From positions 1,824,001-1,888,000 of the forward strand of contig CAVZQN010000004.1 in assembly GCA_963777505.1 (NCBI GenBank): 64,000 bases of DNA, read 5' to 3'. The notes below the pieces were generated by a model, which was given only the letters and a program-made list of their open reading frames with translations, made no database searches and had not been told where the DNA came from. Source of the stretch: an uncultured bacterium (GTDB lineage Bacteria; Acidobacteriota; HRBIN11; JAKEFK01). The number at the start of each line of letters is the position of its first letter. Position 1 is the stretch's first letter. Both the position numbers and the translations under genes were made by a program. Shown here in pieces: positions 43,025 through 53,356 of the stretch.

Positions 43025-44074
43025 TCAATTCTCCTTACTTAAAATACTGCTGACTACCTTTGCGATATGATCCACAAGGGGAATCATACGCCCATATTCC
43101 ATTCTTGTTGGTCCTAGAATTCCAACAGTTCCAACAGCTTCATCATAGTATTTATATGCTGCTGAAATTAATGAAAGCCCTTTTAGTTCGGGATTGCGGC
43201 TTTCCGAACCGATTACAATATGAATGCCTTCTCCTTCGATGCATTGCGTGAGAATGCGGACAATTTTGCTTTTTTCTTCCAGTGCTTCAAGAATGTTACG
43301 AGTCGCATGAATGTTCGCAAACTCAGGATAGTAAACAAGCTGTGAAGCTCCTGTTACTACAAGATTTTCATCGGCAATTGTCGAATCCAACATCTTTTTC
43401 CCAAGGATCATCGCCTTTTTAACGATTTGATCAAATTGTGTTTGCTCCTGCTTCATTAAATCGAGAATCCGTTTTCGGATTGAAGGCAGGGTCTGTGTAC
43501 TGAATTCATTTCTAATGTAATTCGCAATCCTTGTTAATTCTGCTTGTGTCACAGGCTCTTCAAGTTCAATGATTTTGTTGCTGACAACACCTCCTTTCGT
43601 TATGAGGATTGCCAGGACCCGGCAGCTGTTAATTAGAACAAAATCAATATTCTCAAGCACAAGCTTCTGCAGGTTGGGAGTCATTGCCAGCGCAATACTG
43701 TGGGACAAATGCGACATAAGTTCAGTTGTTAACAAAAGCAAATTCTGCAAATCGCCGCCGCGCTGCTGCATCTGAGCTTCAATCATTTCTCTCTGTGACG
43801 AATTTAAGCTTTGATTTTTCATCAAGTATTTGACATAAAAGCGATAACCCTGATCCGTTGGAATTCTTCCGGCGGAAGTATGTGGTTGAGAGATATAACC
43901 CATTTGTTCCAGGTCGGACAATACATTTCGGATCGTTGCGGGACTTAACCCTAACTTAATCTTTTTCGAAAGAGTGCGTGACCCGACGGGTTCGCCTGTG
44001 ATGCAGTAATGTGATATCAGCTCTTTTAGTATTCTTTTACTTCTGTCGTCGAGCTGTTCCTCGCGGCTTTTCAT
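43025..44074 (-). CDS. hrcA: Heat-inducible transcription repressor HrcA
   Basis: PVGSRTL, SPATIRN...DLE..G.I.QPHTSAGRIPTD.GYRFYV, GPTRM.Y. Confidence 0.97.
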   Translation of the reverse strand: MKSREEQLDDRSKRILKELISHYCITGEPVGSRTLSKKIKLGLSPATIRNVLSDLEQMGYISQPHTSAGRIPTDQGYRFYVKYLMKNQSLNSSQREMIEAQMQQRGGDLQNLLLLTTELMSHLSHSIALAMTPNLQKLVLENIDFVLINSCRVLAILITKGGVVSNKIIELEEPVTQAELTRIANYIRNEFSTQTLPSIRKRILDLMKQEQTQFDQIVKKAMILGKKMLDSTIADENLVVTGASQLVYYPEFANIHATRNILEALEEKSKIVRILTQCIEGEGIHIVIGSESRNPELKGLSLISAAYKYYDEAVGTVGILGPTRMEYGRMIPLVDHIAKVVSSILSKEN

Positions 44075-44103
44075 GTCCCCTTATGAGCAAAATCTCCCCA
44101 AAA

Positions 44104-44132
44104 AATGTAACATCCGTCGACGGGTTTGTCAA
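44104..44132 (-). promoter_or_regulatory. sigma70 promoter of the hrcA operon
   Basis: Minus strand TTGACA-N17-TACATT. Confidence 0.7.
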
Positions 44133-44169
44133 GGAATCATCGCCCTAATTCTATGCCTATCAATGATTT

Positions 44170-44245
44170 AGAGAGAATAGAGAATAGAGGATGGAGAATG
44201 GCAGGCTCTGCTATGCTCTATCTTCTATCCTCCATTCTCTTCTCT
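44170..44245. repeat. Inverted pair of heptamer arrays (AGAGAAT-like)n ... (CTATCCT-like)n
   Basis: AGAGAAT AGAGAAT AGAGGAT GGAGAAT followed by CTATGCT CTATCTT CTATCCT CCATTCT. Confidence 0.8.
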
Positions 44246-44905
44246 TCAGCTTGGCTTTGATATCTTCTCGGAAGATGCCTTCTCAAGAGTTTCCCGCAGC
44301 ATGGCTAAGCGGGATTCCATCTGCTTGAGCAATTCTGCATCTTTTATATATGGGAGATTGATCTCAATGTTTTCTATTGCGCCTTTTCCCCCGGCATAAC
44401 AAAGATATTGGGCGACTTTCAAATCCGAGAATGCAGATGGATTTCCGAGGACGGATGCTTCGCGAACAAGGTACAAACATTCAACGCAGTCGCTTAAAGT
44501 TTGAAAGGGCGCATCGATTGCTTTTTTGAAAGCTTTTTGAATTGCTTGCTGTCTGAGTTTGGTTTCTTCTTCGGTGGTCTTTGGCATCTTGTATGCTTCA
44601 GTCACTTCAGCAAACGCAAGAGAATCTTCAGTAATCAAACGATTCAGTTTTTGCTCATATGAAGTTGCTTCGGTAATAATTTTGCGTAAAACTTCCTGAT
44701 CATCTCCACTTACGCCTTTTCGATGCATCCCGATCCGGCAATACATAACAATCAAGGCTGCTGCCAGCGCGCCAGCCAGTGCTGAGACGCTTCCACCGCC
44801 GGGAACTGGTTCATCGGACGCGAGCTTCTTTAAGAATTCAGCTATTGTCCAGTTTGAGAGATGAGTATTGTTTTCATTTAGAACGGCTTTTTGTTTTTGC
44901 TCCAC
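44246..44905 (-). CDS. Formiminotetrahydrofolate cyclodeaminase-like protein (FTCD_C); start uncertain
   Basis: FL..LAS..PVPGGGSVSA, D..AF.....AYKMPK, GNP...SD...A, NI.INL. Confidence 0.92.
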   Translation of the reverse strand: MEQKQKAVLNENNTHLSNWTIAEFLKKLASDEPVPGGGSVSALAGALAAALIVMYCRIGMHRKGVSGDDQEVLRKIITEATSYEQKLNRLITEDSLAFAEVTEAYKMPKTTEEETKLRQQAIQKAFKKAIDAPFQTLSDCVECLYLVREASVLGNPSAFSDLKVAQYLCYAGGKGAIENIEINLPYIKDAELLKQMESRLAMLRETLEKASSEKISKPS

Positions 44906-46101
44906 GCCACGTTCCCTCTCTTGATAACGGTTTCCAATCGGTTAATCCCTAAATTATAAAAAAGATATGCGTAATGTGGAATATCAAAAATAAGGCAGTC
45001 CATTTGCTTGGCAAGTTCGAGTGAGCCAACGGTATCGCTTTTTCCAACTGCCGCTGCTGCATGAAGCGTTGCTGCGGTTAACGTTTCCTCGGCTGTCATT
45101 CGATACAAGAGTGCTCCAAGTTGCATCATGAAAAGCACAGAATGGCTGTAACAAGTACCGGGATTAAAATCGGTCGCAATAGCGACTCGAACACCAAGGT
45201 CAATCATACGCCGCGCCGGAGCATGCTTTCCGCTTTTTAGCCCGAGTGAAGTTCCTGGAAGTAAAACCGCAACGACATCAGCTTCTGCCATTTTTTGAAT
45301 TCCTTCTTCATTTGCAAGGATCAAATGATCAGCAGATACCGCATTCAGTTCAGCAGCAAGCAAGGCTCCACCAACATCCTTCAGCTCATCCACATGCAAT
45401 TTAATTTTCAATCCAAGCTCTGCCGCCCTCTTGCTGATGGCTCGCGCTTGTTCAATCGTGTAATAACCTTCATCGCAGAAAACGTCACAGAACTTGGCTA
45501 GTTTTTGTTCAGCAACTTTCGGAAGCATCACATCAATAATCTCGCGGATGTAGTCCTCATGTTTTACTTCAGGTGGAAAGTCATGAGCTGCGAGAAATGT
45601 GATGACGAGGTCTTGAGTTGCCAGATGTTTGAGGTCGTTTGCGACTTTTAGAAGTTTATGTTCATGTTCCCAACTCAAACCATACCCAGTTTTTACTTCG
45701 ACTGTTGTTGTTCCATTTTGAAGCATCAACTGCAGATTTATGAGAGCGTTGTCCCGGAGGGTTTCTTCACTGGCGCTTCGAGTTTCACGCATTGTATGCA
45801 GAATCCCGCCACCATTTGCAGCAATTTCTTGATAGGTTGCACCACCAAGTTTCATCAGGAATTCTTGACTTCGATCTCCCGCAAAAATCAGATGTGTATG
45901 GGCATCAACAAAGCCTGGAGTTAGAACTTTGCCGGAAACATTGATTTTCATTGCATCCGGAAAACTGGAAAGCCCTTCAAGGGTTGATCCTACGAAGCAA
46001 ATAGCGTCACCTTCGAATCCGATAGCGCCGTCTTCAAGGACAAGAAATTTGCCGACAGCGTGAGGTGTAACAATCTGCGCCGCGGAATGCAAAAGGATCA
46101 T
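44878..46101 (-). CDS. hutI: Imidazolonepropionase
   Basis: PGFVDAHTH..FAG.R..EF, GGGI..T, GTTT.E.K.GYGL, DVFC, SADHL, ATDFNPG. Confidence 0.95.
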   Translation of the reverse strand: MILLHSAAQIVTPHAVGKFLVLEDGAIGFEGDAICFVGSTLEGLSSFPDAMKINVSGKVLTPGFVDAHTHLIFAGDRSQEFLMKLGGATYQEIAANGGGILHTMRETRSASEETLRDNALINLQLMLQNGTTTVEVKTGYGLSWEHEHKLLKVANDLKHLATQDLVITFLAAHDFPPEVKHEDYIREIIDVMLPKVAEQKLAKFCDVFCDEGYYTIEQARAISKRAAELGLKIKLHVDELKDVGGALLAAELNAVSADHLILANEEGIQKMAEADVVAVLLPGTSLGLKSGKHAPARRMIDLGVRVAIATDFNPGTCYSHSVLFMMQLGALLYRMTAEETLTAATLHAAAAVGKSDTVGSLELAKQMDCLIFDIPHYAYLFYNLGINRLETVIKRGNVAWSKNKKPF

Positions 46102-46412
46102 CGTTTGCTCTTGTCGGAAATTAATAACGGAAGGTCAACAGCCGCAACTCCCGAAATTCGTAAACGTTTCAGTCTTGATGTCTGCCCTGAAATTATCTCA
46201 ATCTGATTCGAAGGAACCAAAAGTCTTTCAGCCAACACCTTTACAAGCTGTTCATTTGCAGCGCCTTCAACAGGTGGGCTTGTCAATTTTACCTTGTAAA
46301 GACCGGGAGCAACCGACTCAATTGATACTTTTGAAGAACGTGGGATCACACGAACTTGAATGATGCAATGATCCGATTTAACCGTTAGAGACGTTCTCCT
46401 GTTTTTTTGCAT
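46098..46412 (-). CDS. yggU: DUF167 (YggU) family protein
   Basis: V.V.PRS.....KV....PPV.G.AN..L...LA......I..G.TSR.K. Confidence 0.9.
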   Translation of the reverse strand: MQKNRRTSLTVKSDHCIIQVRVIPRSSKVSIESVAPGLYKVKLTSPPVEGAANEQLVKVLAERLLVPSNQIEIISGQTSRLKRLRISGVAAVDLPLLISDKSKR

Positions 46413-46887
46413 AGAACATGACCTTTTCCGCCGTCTTTTCTTCCTCTTTCTGATATTCCAGTAATTTTTGCATGATTTGCATTGAAGTCTGGATCTTCTC
46501 TTGCAGTGCTTTGCGCTGCAATTTCAAATCAAGCATATCTTTTTGAATCTTAATGACAGCGCTCTGGGCATGTTCCATTATTTTTATTGCCTTAAATTCA
46601 GCTTCTTTAACAATCAGTTCAGCTTCCTTTTTGGCATTGGTGGTCATTGATTCGCTGTTTTTTTGTGCTGTAACAAGCGTATTTTTCAAGATTTTGTCCC
46701 GCTCTTGATAATCCGCCAGCATCTCGCGAAGAGAATCGATTTCCTGTCTGTATACTTCATTCTGACGGCTGAGTTCCTCGATTTCCTCCGCCACTGCGAT
46801 CATAAAACTGCGCACTTCTTCCTGGTCAAATCCCTTGAGCTTAACCTGGAATTTTTGGCGCTGAATGTCAATGGCTGAGATCTTCAT
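46378..46887 (-). CDS. divIVA: DivIVA domain protein
   Basis: DI....F...L.GF...EV..F...VA followed by coiled coil; AKKEAELIVKEAE. Confidence 0.9.
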   Translation of the reverse strand: MKISAIDIQRQKFQVKLKGFDQEEVRSFMIAVAEEIEELSRQNEVYRQEIDSLREMLADYQERDKILKNTLVTAQKNSESMTTNAKKEAELIVKEAEFKAIKIMEHAQSAVIKIQKDMLDLKLQRKALQEKIQTSMQIMQKLLEYQKEEEKTAEKVMFYAKKQENVSNG

Positions 46888-47208
46888 CTACCCTCCTATT
46901 TGATTAAAATGACGACTTTGCCAGATAAGAACATATTGCATCAGACTGTTCACAACGATGATCTGAATCGCCATTAAAAGTAGAAAAACAATCATTGGAC
47001 TCAGATCAATACCGAGCGACATCGGCATTCTGCGTCTGATCGGACGCAAAATCGGCTCAGTCATTTGAAAGATTATGTGAACAATCTGGTTGTAGGGGAC
47101 TCTGATCCAGGAAATTACGACTCTGGCAAATAAGACGATCATATACATCTTAACGATCGCATCTAATACTCTCGCAAACCAATAAAGTATGTTAAGTAAT
47201 ATTAGCAT
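46888..47208 (-). CDS. yggT: YggT family membrane protein
   Basis: ISW...PYN......TEP.L.PIRR.....GIDLSP. Confidence 0.93.
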   Translation of the reverse strand: MLILLNILYWFARVLDAIVKMYMIVLFARVVISWIRVPYNQIVHIIFQMTEPILRPIRRRMPMSLGIDLSPMIVFLLLMAIQIIVVNSLMQYVLIWQSRHFNQIGG

Positions 47209-47267
47209 AATCGTATTATATCCTCGAATATGGTTCGTAGGGTCGGGGGTTAAACCGGCCCGTAGTT

Positions 47268-47930
47268 TTATGTCCTGCTACCAAATATATAGCTGCCCAC
47301 CCTTACCATGGTGGCGCCTTCCTGTATTGCGATCTCGAAATCATGCGACATGCCCATGGAAAGTTCCTTCAAATCCGGATATTCAGCATGCCATTTTTGC
47401 TGCAACTCACATAGTCTTCGAAAATACGGACGAACAAGCTCACTGTTTTCGAAAAACGGCGGTATTATCATAAATCCCCGAAGTTTTGTCCAGCTAAGCT
47501 GCCGAGTTGCTTCAAGCACTCCTGGAAGCTCCGGCTCAGCAAGGCCATGTTTGCTTTCTTCATTTCCAAGATTTAATTCAAGCAAACAATCGATCTGTTT
47601 TTGCTGTTTTGCAGCTTCCTTTTCCACCTGATGCAATAGCTTAAGTGAATCAATCGACTGGATCCATGAGAAATTCCTGACAGCCTCTTTTGCCTTGTTC
47701 GTTTGAAGATGTCCGATAAAATGCCACTCTATATTAAGGTGAGAAAGAGCGGCAAGTTTTGGTAGAGCTTCTTGAATCCGATTTTCTCCAAACGTATGAA
47801 CCCCGGCCTGATATGCTTCAGCAATGACCTCAGGCGGAAAAGTTTTGCTAACTGCAATCAGACGTACATCCCGGCCCTTCGCATTTTTCGCGATCAGTTC
47901 GCAGACTCTGCGAATATTTTCTTGAATCAT
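47268..47930 (-). CDS. yggS: PLP homeostasis protein (YggS family)
   Basis: LIAVSK, FGENR.QE, WHFIGHLQTNK, LSMGMS.DF..AI..GAT.VRVGS.IFG.R. Confidence 0.97.
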   Translation of the reverse strand: MIQENIRRVCELIAKNAKGRDVRLIAVSKTFPPEVIAEAYQAGVHTFGENRIQEALPKLAALSHLNIEWHFIGHLQTNKAKEAVRNFSWIQSIDSLKLLHQVEKEAAKQQKQIDCLLELNLGNEESKHGLAEPELPGVLEATRQLSWTKLRGFMIIPPFFENSELVRPYFRRLCELQQKWHAEYPDLKELSMGMSHDFEIAIQEGATMVRVGSYIFGSRT

Positions 47931-47934
47931 GTTT

Positions 47935-48008
47935 GTAGGGGCGGGTCTAAGACCCGCCCGTCTAAATTAGTTAATAATAATGCGGGCGGGTCTAAGACCC
48001 GCCCCTAC
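47935..48008. repeat. Inverted GTAG-REP doublet (REPIN-like)
   Basis: GTAGGGGCGGGTCTAAGACCCGCCCG ... CGGGCGGGTCTAAGACCCGCCCCTAC. Confidence 0.9.
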
Positions 48009-48039
48009 GGTAATCAAATGATACAATCGTTCTCCAGTT

Positions 48040-48678
48040 ATGAAACGCGGAATTTTTATTACATTTGAAGGCATCGAAGGTTCAGGAAAGTCCACTCAGG
48101 CGCAACTTGCTTCCACATGGTTGAAATCTCGCAACATATCTCACGCAATAACGAGAGAGCCTGGAGACAGTACAATTGGAAAGGACATCCGGCGTATTTT
48201 ACTTTCGGAGAATACAGCCAGTCTTCAACCTGTTTCCGAAGCTCTTCTTTATCTAGCAGATCGGTTTCAACATATAAATGAGGTGATCCGTCCGAATCTC
48301 GACGCGGGGAATATTGTTTTGTGCGATCGGTATCATGACAGCACGGTGGCTTATCAGGGATATGGCCGTGGCATTTCATTGCAATGGATTGAAAATATTT
48401 GGAGCAATTCAGGACAGTCGCTTCTTCCGGATCAAACATTACTTCTGGATCTTGCCCCTGAAATTGGGCTGAACCGATCGCTGGAAAAACTGCGCTCGGC
48501 CGGCTTAGACGAATCCCGTTTTGAAAAGGAATCACTTGAATTTCATACGCGAGTTCGGGATGGATTTTTGGAAATCGCCCGCCAAAATCCAAAAAGATTC
48601 AAAATGATCGACGCCTCATTGCCTTCAGAAAAAATAAATCAGATTATTATCGAACATTTAAGTAAAGTAATCCTATGA
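48040..48678 (+). CDS. tmk: Thymidylate kinase
   Basis: FITFEGIEGSGKSTQ, TREPG, CDRY.DST.AYQGYGR. Confidence 0.97.
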   Translation: MKRGIFITFEGIEGSGKSTQAQLASTWLKSRNISHAITREPGDSTIGKDIRRILLSENTASLQPVSEALLYLADRFQHINEVIRPNLDAGNIVLCDRYHDSTVAYQGYGRGISLQWIENIWSNSGQSLLPDQTLLLDLAPEIGLNRSLEKLRSAGLDESRFEKESLEFHTRVRDGFLEIARQNPKRFKMIDASLPSEKINQIIIEHLSKVIL

Positions 48679-49664
48679 AATTTTCTGAATTTGCAGGCAA
48701 TGAAAGAATCGTTGCTTATTTCAAAAAAGCTATCGGACAAAAGAATCTTGCGCATGCGTATCTTTTTTCAGGTCCTGAAGGAGTGGGGAAGTCAACTCTC
48801 GCACTAACGATCAGTAAAGCATTGCTTTGTCCGAATCGGACAGAGGATGGACCCTGTGAAAAATGTACGACATGCCAGAAATTCGAAAGCGGGAATCATC
48901 CTGATTTCCATCATTTCATTCCGGAAGGTCTCTATTTCAAGATTGATGAAGTGCGCCGCATCATCCATGAAGTTTCTTTAATGCCGGTTGAATCGGCGTG
49001 GAAAGTTTTCGTGTTAGAGCGTGCAGACTACATGCGTGATGAAGCTGCTAACGCCTTATTAAAAGTTCTCGAAGAACCGCCGGGTCAGGCTATCTTTTTT
49101 CTGATAACAGAAGTTGCAGAAGTTCTGTTGCCAACTGTGAAGTCGCGTTGTCAGACTTTTGCTTTTCAACCGTTAGCGCCCGAAGATGTAACAAAACTTC
49201 TTGTGGATCGGATGGAGTATGCTGAAGATGAGGCCGCTGGCCTTGCTCGATTCAGCCATGGCTCACCAGGCCGGGCGCTGAGTCTGAACGTAGAGCAGTA
49301 CAGCGATATTCGAGATCGCGTACTGGCTGCGCTCGAAGCGGCTCTCGCACCGCGAACTTATTACAATTTGATGGATGCGGTTCGAGCCATCAGTGTTGAG
49401 CGAACGGAAATGGGGGAACGTTTTTTAATGCTTGAAGAGTTAACCCGCGATTTAATTTTGTTAAAAATGTCTGACCGTGCAACTCTTGTTCATCAAGATG
49501 CAGCTGAACATTTGCGAGCGCTCGCATCAAACGTTCGACTTGGCTCACTTGTTGAATTTTATGAAAAACTTCTTGAAACACGTGAAGCTGTAATGAAGGT
49601 AAATGCAAATATCGGACTCTCGCTTCAAGCTCTGTTTTTGCCGTTGCGGCTCCAACATTCGTAA
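48675..49664 (+). CDS. holB: DNA polymerase III delta-prime subunit
   Basis: HAYLF.GP.GVGK, C..C zinc site, HPD, AANALLK.LEEPP, LPT..SRC; follows tmk. Confidence 0.95.
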   Translation: MKFSEFAGNERIVAYFKKAIGQKNLAHAYLFSGPEGVGKSTLALTISKALLCPNRTEDGPCEKCTTCQKFESGNHPDFHHFIPEGLYFKIDEVRRIIHEVSLMPVESAWKVFVLERADYMRDEAANALLKVLEEPPGQAIFFLITEVAEVLLPTVKSRCQTFAFQPLAPEDVTKLLVDRMEYAEDEAAGLARFSHGSPGRALSLNVEQYSDIRDRVLAALEAALAPRTYYNLMDAVRAISVERTEMGERFLMLEELTRDLILLKMSDRATLVHQDAAEHLRALASNVRLGSLVEFYEKLLETREAVMKVNANIGLSLQALFLPLRLQHS

Positions 49665-49674
49665 GGGCTTTTTC

Positions 49675-49727
49675 AACGCCGAGAGCGCCGAGAAATTTTT
49701 ATGAAAAACTCGGCGGCCTCTGCGTTA
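49675..49727. repeat. 9-bp-period inverted tandem repeat hairpin
   Basis: AACGCCGAGAGCGCCGAG ... CTCGGCGGCCTCTGCGTT. Confidence 0.7.
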
Positions 49728-49734
49728 AAAAATA

Positions 49735-52178
49735 ATGCTGATTAATCTGCTCGCCGTACCGCTGCTATTTCTTCTGCCCGGTTTTGCAATTGCACGTCTC
49801 ATCGCACGGGATCGCGGTCCTGCATTTTGGCTTGTGTCAATCCTTTTTAGTATTCCTGTGACATCCATTGCTGGTTTCGCTCTGGCTCGTTTTGGATGGT
49901 TTTCGCTTCCTGCCGTTAGCGGAGTTGTTACAGTTATTTCTGCTTGTCTTTTGATATTTCAACAAAAATCCGATTTTCGATTCGATTCGTTTCTCAACAA
50001 GCGAACAGTTCTAGTTCTTGTTTTAGTGAGTGGGGGGCTTTTTGTGTATTTTGCTCCACCATTTGAATACTTTTTTGGAGGACGCGATCCTGGAATCTAT
50101 GTAATGAATGGAATTCGCATTGCACGAACCGGGTCATTTACTGCAGAAGATCCAATTGTTGAAAAGATTGCGCCAGAATATCGTCAGCTTTTTTTCAGCA
50201 TAAAAGGTCCTTTGCGTTATATGGGGTTTTTTCTTGGATCATCGACTGATCATAGAGTCATTCCGAATTTCTTCTATCTGTATCCTCTGTGGCTCGGAAT
50301 GTTTTATTCGATATTTGGAATTAACGGGATGCTGTATGCGACGCCATTTCTAATGGTAAGCATGCTGCTCGCTGCATCGATTTATGTCGCGTTTGTTTTG
50401 GGAAGACTCCACAGCATCGGATTTATTTTGATTTTGGGTACAACGGCAATGACGTTGTGGTTTGCGCGATTTCCGAATTCAGAAGTTCTTGCAGGCGGTC
50501 TGATCTGGATCGCTTTATTTTGTTTTCATTTGTATCGTGAGAAATCGATGTTGATCCCAGGAATGTTCGGGGCAGTCTGTTTGGCGCTTGCATTTTGGGC
50601 GAGAGTCGATGCAATCCTTCTGTCAGTCCCATTGGTTCTGGATCTTGCAATGCGTTGGATTGCAGGAAAAATGAGCAAAAAGGATCTGATCGTTATCGGT
50701 TTGTACCTGATCTTTATTTCGCTTGGTATATTCCATTCGCTTACAACAAACAGCGACTACATTCTTGCCGCATTTCAGAATCTCCGTTTCAAACCATATA
50801 AGGTAGCGCTTGTTGTTGGAGGCCTGGCCGCGCTTCTCATTTTGCTCGCAATTGCAGGAAAACGTTTTCGGTTGTCAGAAAAAGATGGCGTAGGCCGTTG
50901 GATTGCAGTTGCGCTCGCAATCTTGCTTGCGTATGCGTATTGTGTCAGGCCCTTTTATCCATATTCCAATGCCGGATCGCCGAATGCTGGTTCATTTCTA
51001 GCACTGGGTTGGTACTTTACGCATCCTGTTGTCGTTCTGTCGCTGCTTGGAATTATTTTGTACCCGCTACGATTTCGTTCGATCGATTGGATCCTATTTG
51101 GAGGAACTCTGGTTTATTCGATTCTGTACTTTTACAGAATTCGTGGACATGCTGAGCATTTTTGGATGTTACGTCGTTATTTAATGCTGATTGCGCCGGC
51201 TCTTGTATTTTTTGCGTTGTATGGATTTCGTGAAATCTTTTCCAGAATTGAATCCCGCTTGAGGCCCGGCTTTGCAGTGGCAAGGCGCGAGAGCCTGGTG
51301 TTGATTGCATTATGTGTCTTACTTGCGGGCTGGTTCATTTACGATAATCGTTCGCTTCATTCGCATAAGGAATATTCCCAAAGTCTCAAGTTTTTAGAGG
51401 CATTGTCACGGCGGCTTGCACCGGAAGACTTACTGTTGATTGGAGCCCGTGAAGCAAACGATCTTCATATCATTGCTCCGATGTTGTCATACTATTTCGA
51501 TCGCAATGTCTTAGTTTTGCGGTTGGGAGAGCCTAATCTGGAATTATTGGATCGCTTTAGAAAAAGTTGGAAGGGGAACGTATATTTTGCAGGTACTGGA
51601 AATAGTAATCTGGCTGCGGGTCCATTTTTTCTTGAGCCGATTGAAGATTTTCGATTTGAAACTCCAGTCTATGACGAAGTCTATCATCGAAAACCGAAGG
51701 TCTCATTTCTGAAGTACTTTCAAATTGGTTTTTACAGGCTGACCGACCAAACAATAGGAGATCCTACACAGTGGATATCGGCCGTTTTGATGATGGCAGC
51801 ATCACGAACTTTCATCTAAAGGAAAAACATCAAACTGTAACGTACCGCTGGACGAACGGGTCTGGACATGTATTTTTTCCAAAGAAGAATGATAGTATTA
51901 CTAGTATAGTATTACGAATGAATCCAGGACCCTGGGTCCCCGGAATGGAAAGAGTGTGGGTGAAATTGTACGTAAATGGCTATCCTTTGGTTGACTTGGT
52001 TTTAGGAAACGGTTATAACACGTATGACGTGCCTGTTCCTGCCATGATCCGGGAAAAACTAGCGGGTGGACCGGTCGATCTCCTGATCGAATCGAAGAGT
52101 TGGATCCCAAAACGAGTCCTTAATCTTCCGGACACAAGACGAGTAGGGGTAATTGTAGATTGGGTAAAACTGCAATAG
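49735..52178 (+). CDS. Polytopic membrane protein, probable GT-C glycosyltransferase with C-terminal periplasmic domain (frameshift near 51763)
   Basis: Many TMs; GGRDPGIY, RFPNSE, RVD, RRY motifs; continues into ORF 51771-52178 (YRWT...DTRRVGV.VD). Confidence 0.75.
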
Positions 52179-52180
52179 TA

Positions 52181-52207
52181 GTAGGGGCGAGCTCTAAGAC
52201 GCGCCCG
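52181..52207. repeat. Degenerate GTAG-REP copy
   Basis: GTAGGGGCGAGCTCTAAGACGCGCCCG. Confidence 0.7.
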
Positions 52208-52218
52208 CTAAAAAATAA

Positions 52219-53220
52219 ATGAAGCTAATCATCCAACTTCCATGCTTTAACGAAGCAGAAACTTTGCCTCGCACAATTCCAGATATCCCGCGCCAAATTG
52301 AAGGTGTAGATTCTGTTGAAATTCTTGTAATTGATGATGGCAGCCGCGATGGAACCAGCACAATTGCTCGATCACTTGGTGTTGATCATATTGTACGTTT
52401 TCCAAATCACAGAGGATTGGCTTCGGCCTTTAATGCAGGCATCTATGCAGCCCTTACGATGGGAGCCGACATTGTCGTAAATACAGATGCAGACAATCAA
52501 TACAATTCAGCTGACATTGAACATTTGATCCGTCCAATCTTGCTCGGTGAAGCCGATGTTGTTATCGGTGACCGGAATGTAGATTCAATTGAGCATTTTT
52601 CATTTCTAAAGCGGAAGCTTCAGCGCTTTGGAAGCTGGGTTGTGCGGCAGGTGTCCGGCACAAAAATTCCGGATGCAACAAGTGGATTCCGCGCATATTC
52701 ACGCGAAGCTGCAATGCGTGTAAATATTCTTACAGACTTCACATATACGCTTGAAACAATTATTTCGGCCGGCAAAAAGCGGATGGCTATTCAGCATATT
52801 CCAGTCCGTACAAATCCGAAACTTCGCGAATCCCGATTGTTTAATAACACCTGGGATTATGTCAAAAAATCGATTGTCACCATCATCCGAATTTATACGC
52901 ATTACGAACCGCTCAAAATTTTCTTTTACATCGGTTCAATTGTTTTTGGAGCCGGCGTCATTATCGGCTTACGCTTCCTTTATTACTACATTTTCGGCAA
53001 CAGTCAGGGTCATATTCAGTCTTTAATTCTTGCTGCCGTTCTACTGATCGTAGGATTTCAGATATATCTGATTGGATTGGTCTCCGATTTGATTTTTGGA
53101 AATCGCAAAATATTGGAAGAGATACTTTATCGCCAGAAGCAATTTGATCTTGAAAAAGAAAAGCTGCTACAACGTCTCGCCGAAAATCCCTCCGCAAGCG
53201 AACAATACATTAAGAAATAG
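52219..53220 (+). CDS. Glycosyltransferase family 2 with C-terminal TMs
   Basis: IQLPCFNE, IDDGSRD, NTDADNQY, DATSGFRA. Confidence 0.93.
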   Translation: MKLIIQLPCFNEAETLPRTIPDIPRQIEGVDSVEILVIDDGSRDGTSTIARSLGVDHIVRFPNHRGLASAFNAGIYAALTMGADIVVNTDADNQYNSADIEHLIRPILLGEADVVIGDRNVDSIEHFSFLKRKLQRFGSWVVRQVSGTKIPDATSGFRAYSREAAMRVNILTDFTYTLETIISAGKKRMAIQHIPVRTNPKLRESRLFNNTWDYVKKSIVTIIRIYTHYEPLKIFFYIGSIVFGAGVIIGLRFLYYYIFGNSQGHIQSLILAAVLLIVGFQIYLIGLVSDLIFGNRKILEEILYRQKQFDLEKEKLLQRLAENPSASEQYIKK

Positions 53221-53356
53221 TTCATTAAAATAAAACCGCAAAGACACAAAGACTCAAAATTGGTGTAACATCAGATTCGAATACTGTCTGTAAACACGTA
53301 TTCCGTTTTCAACGTCTTAACTTCAGGAACAACGCTACAATGTGCGCAGGTTAATC

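Noticed and set aside
16387-52207. Recurrent ~26-bp palindromes as CRISPR repeats
   Set aside because: Dispersed singles and inverted doublets, no spacer array, no cas genes
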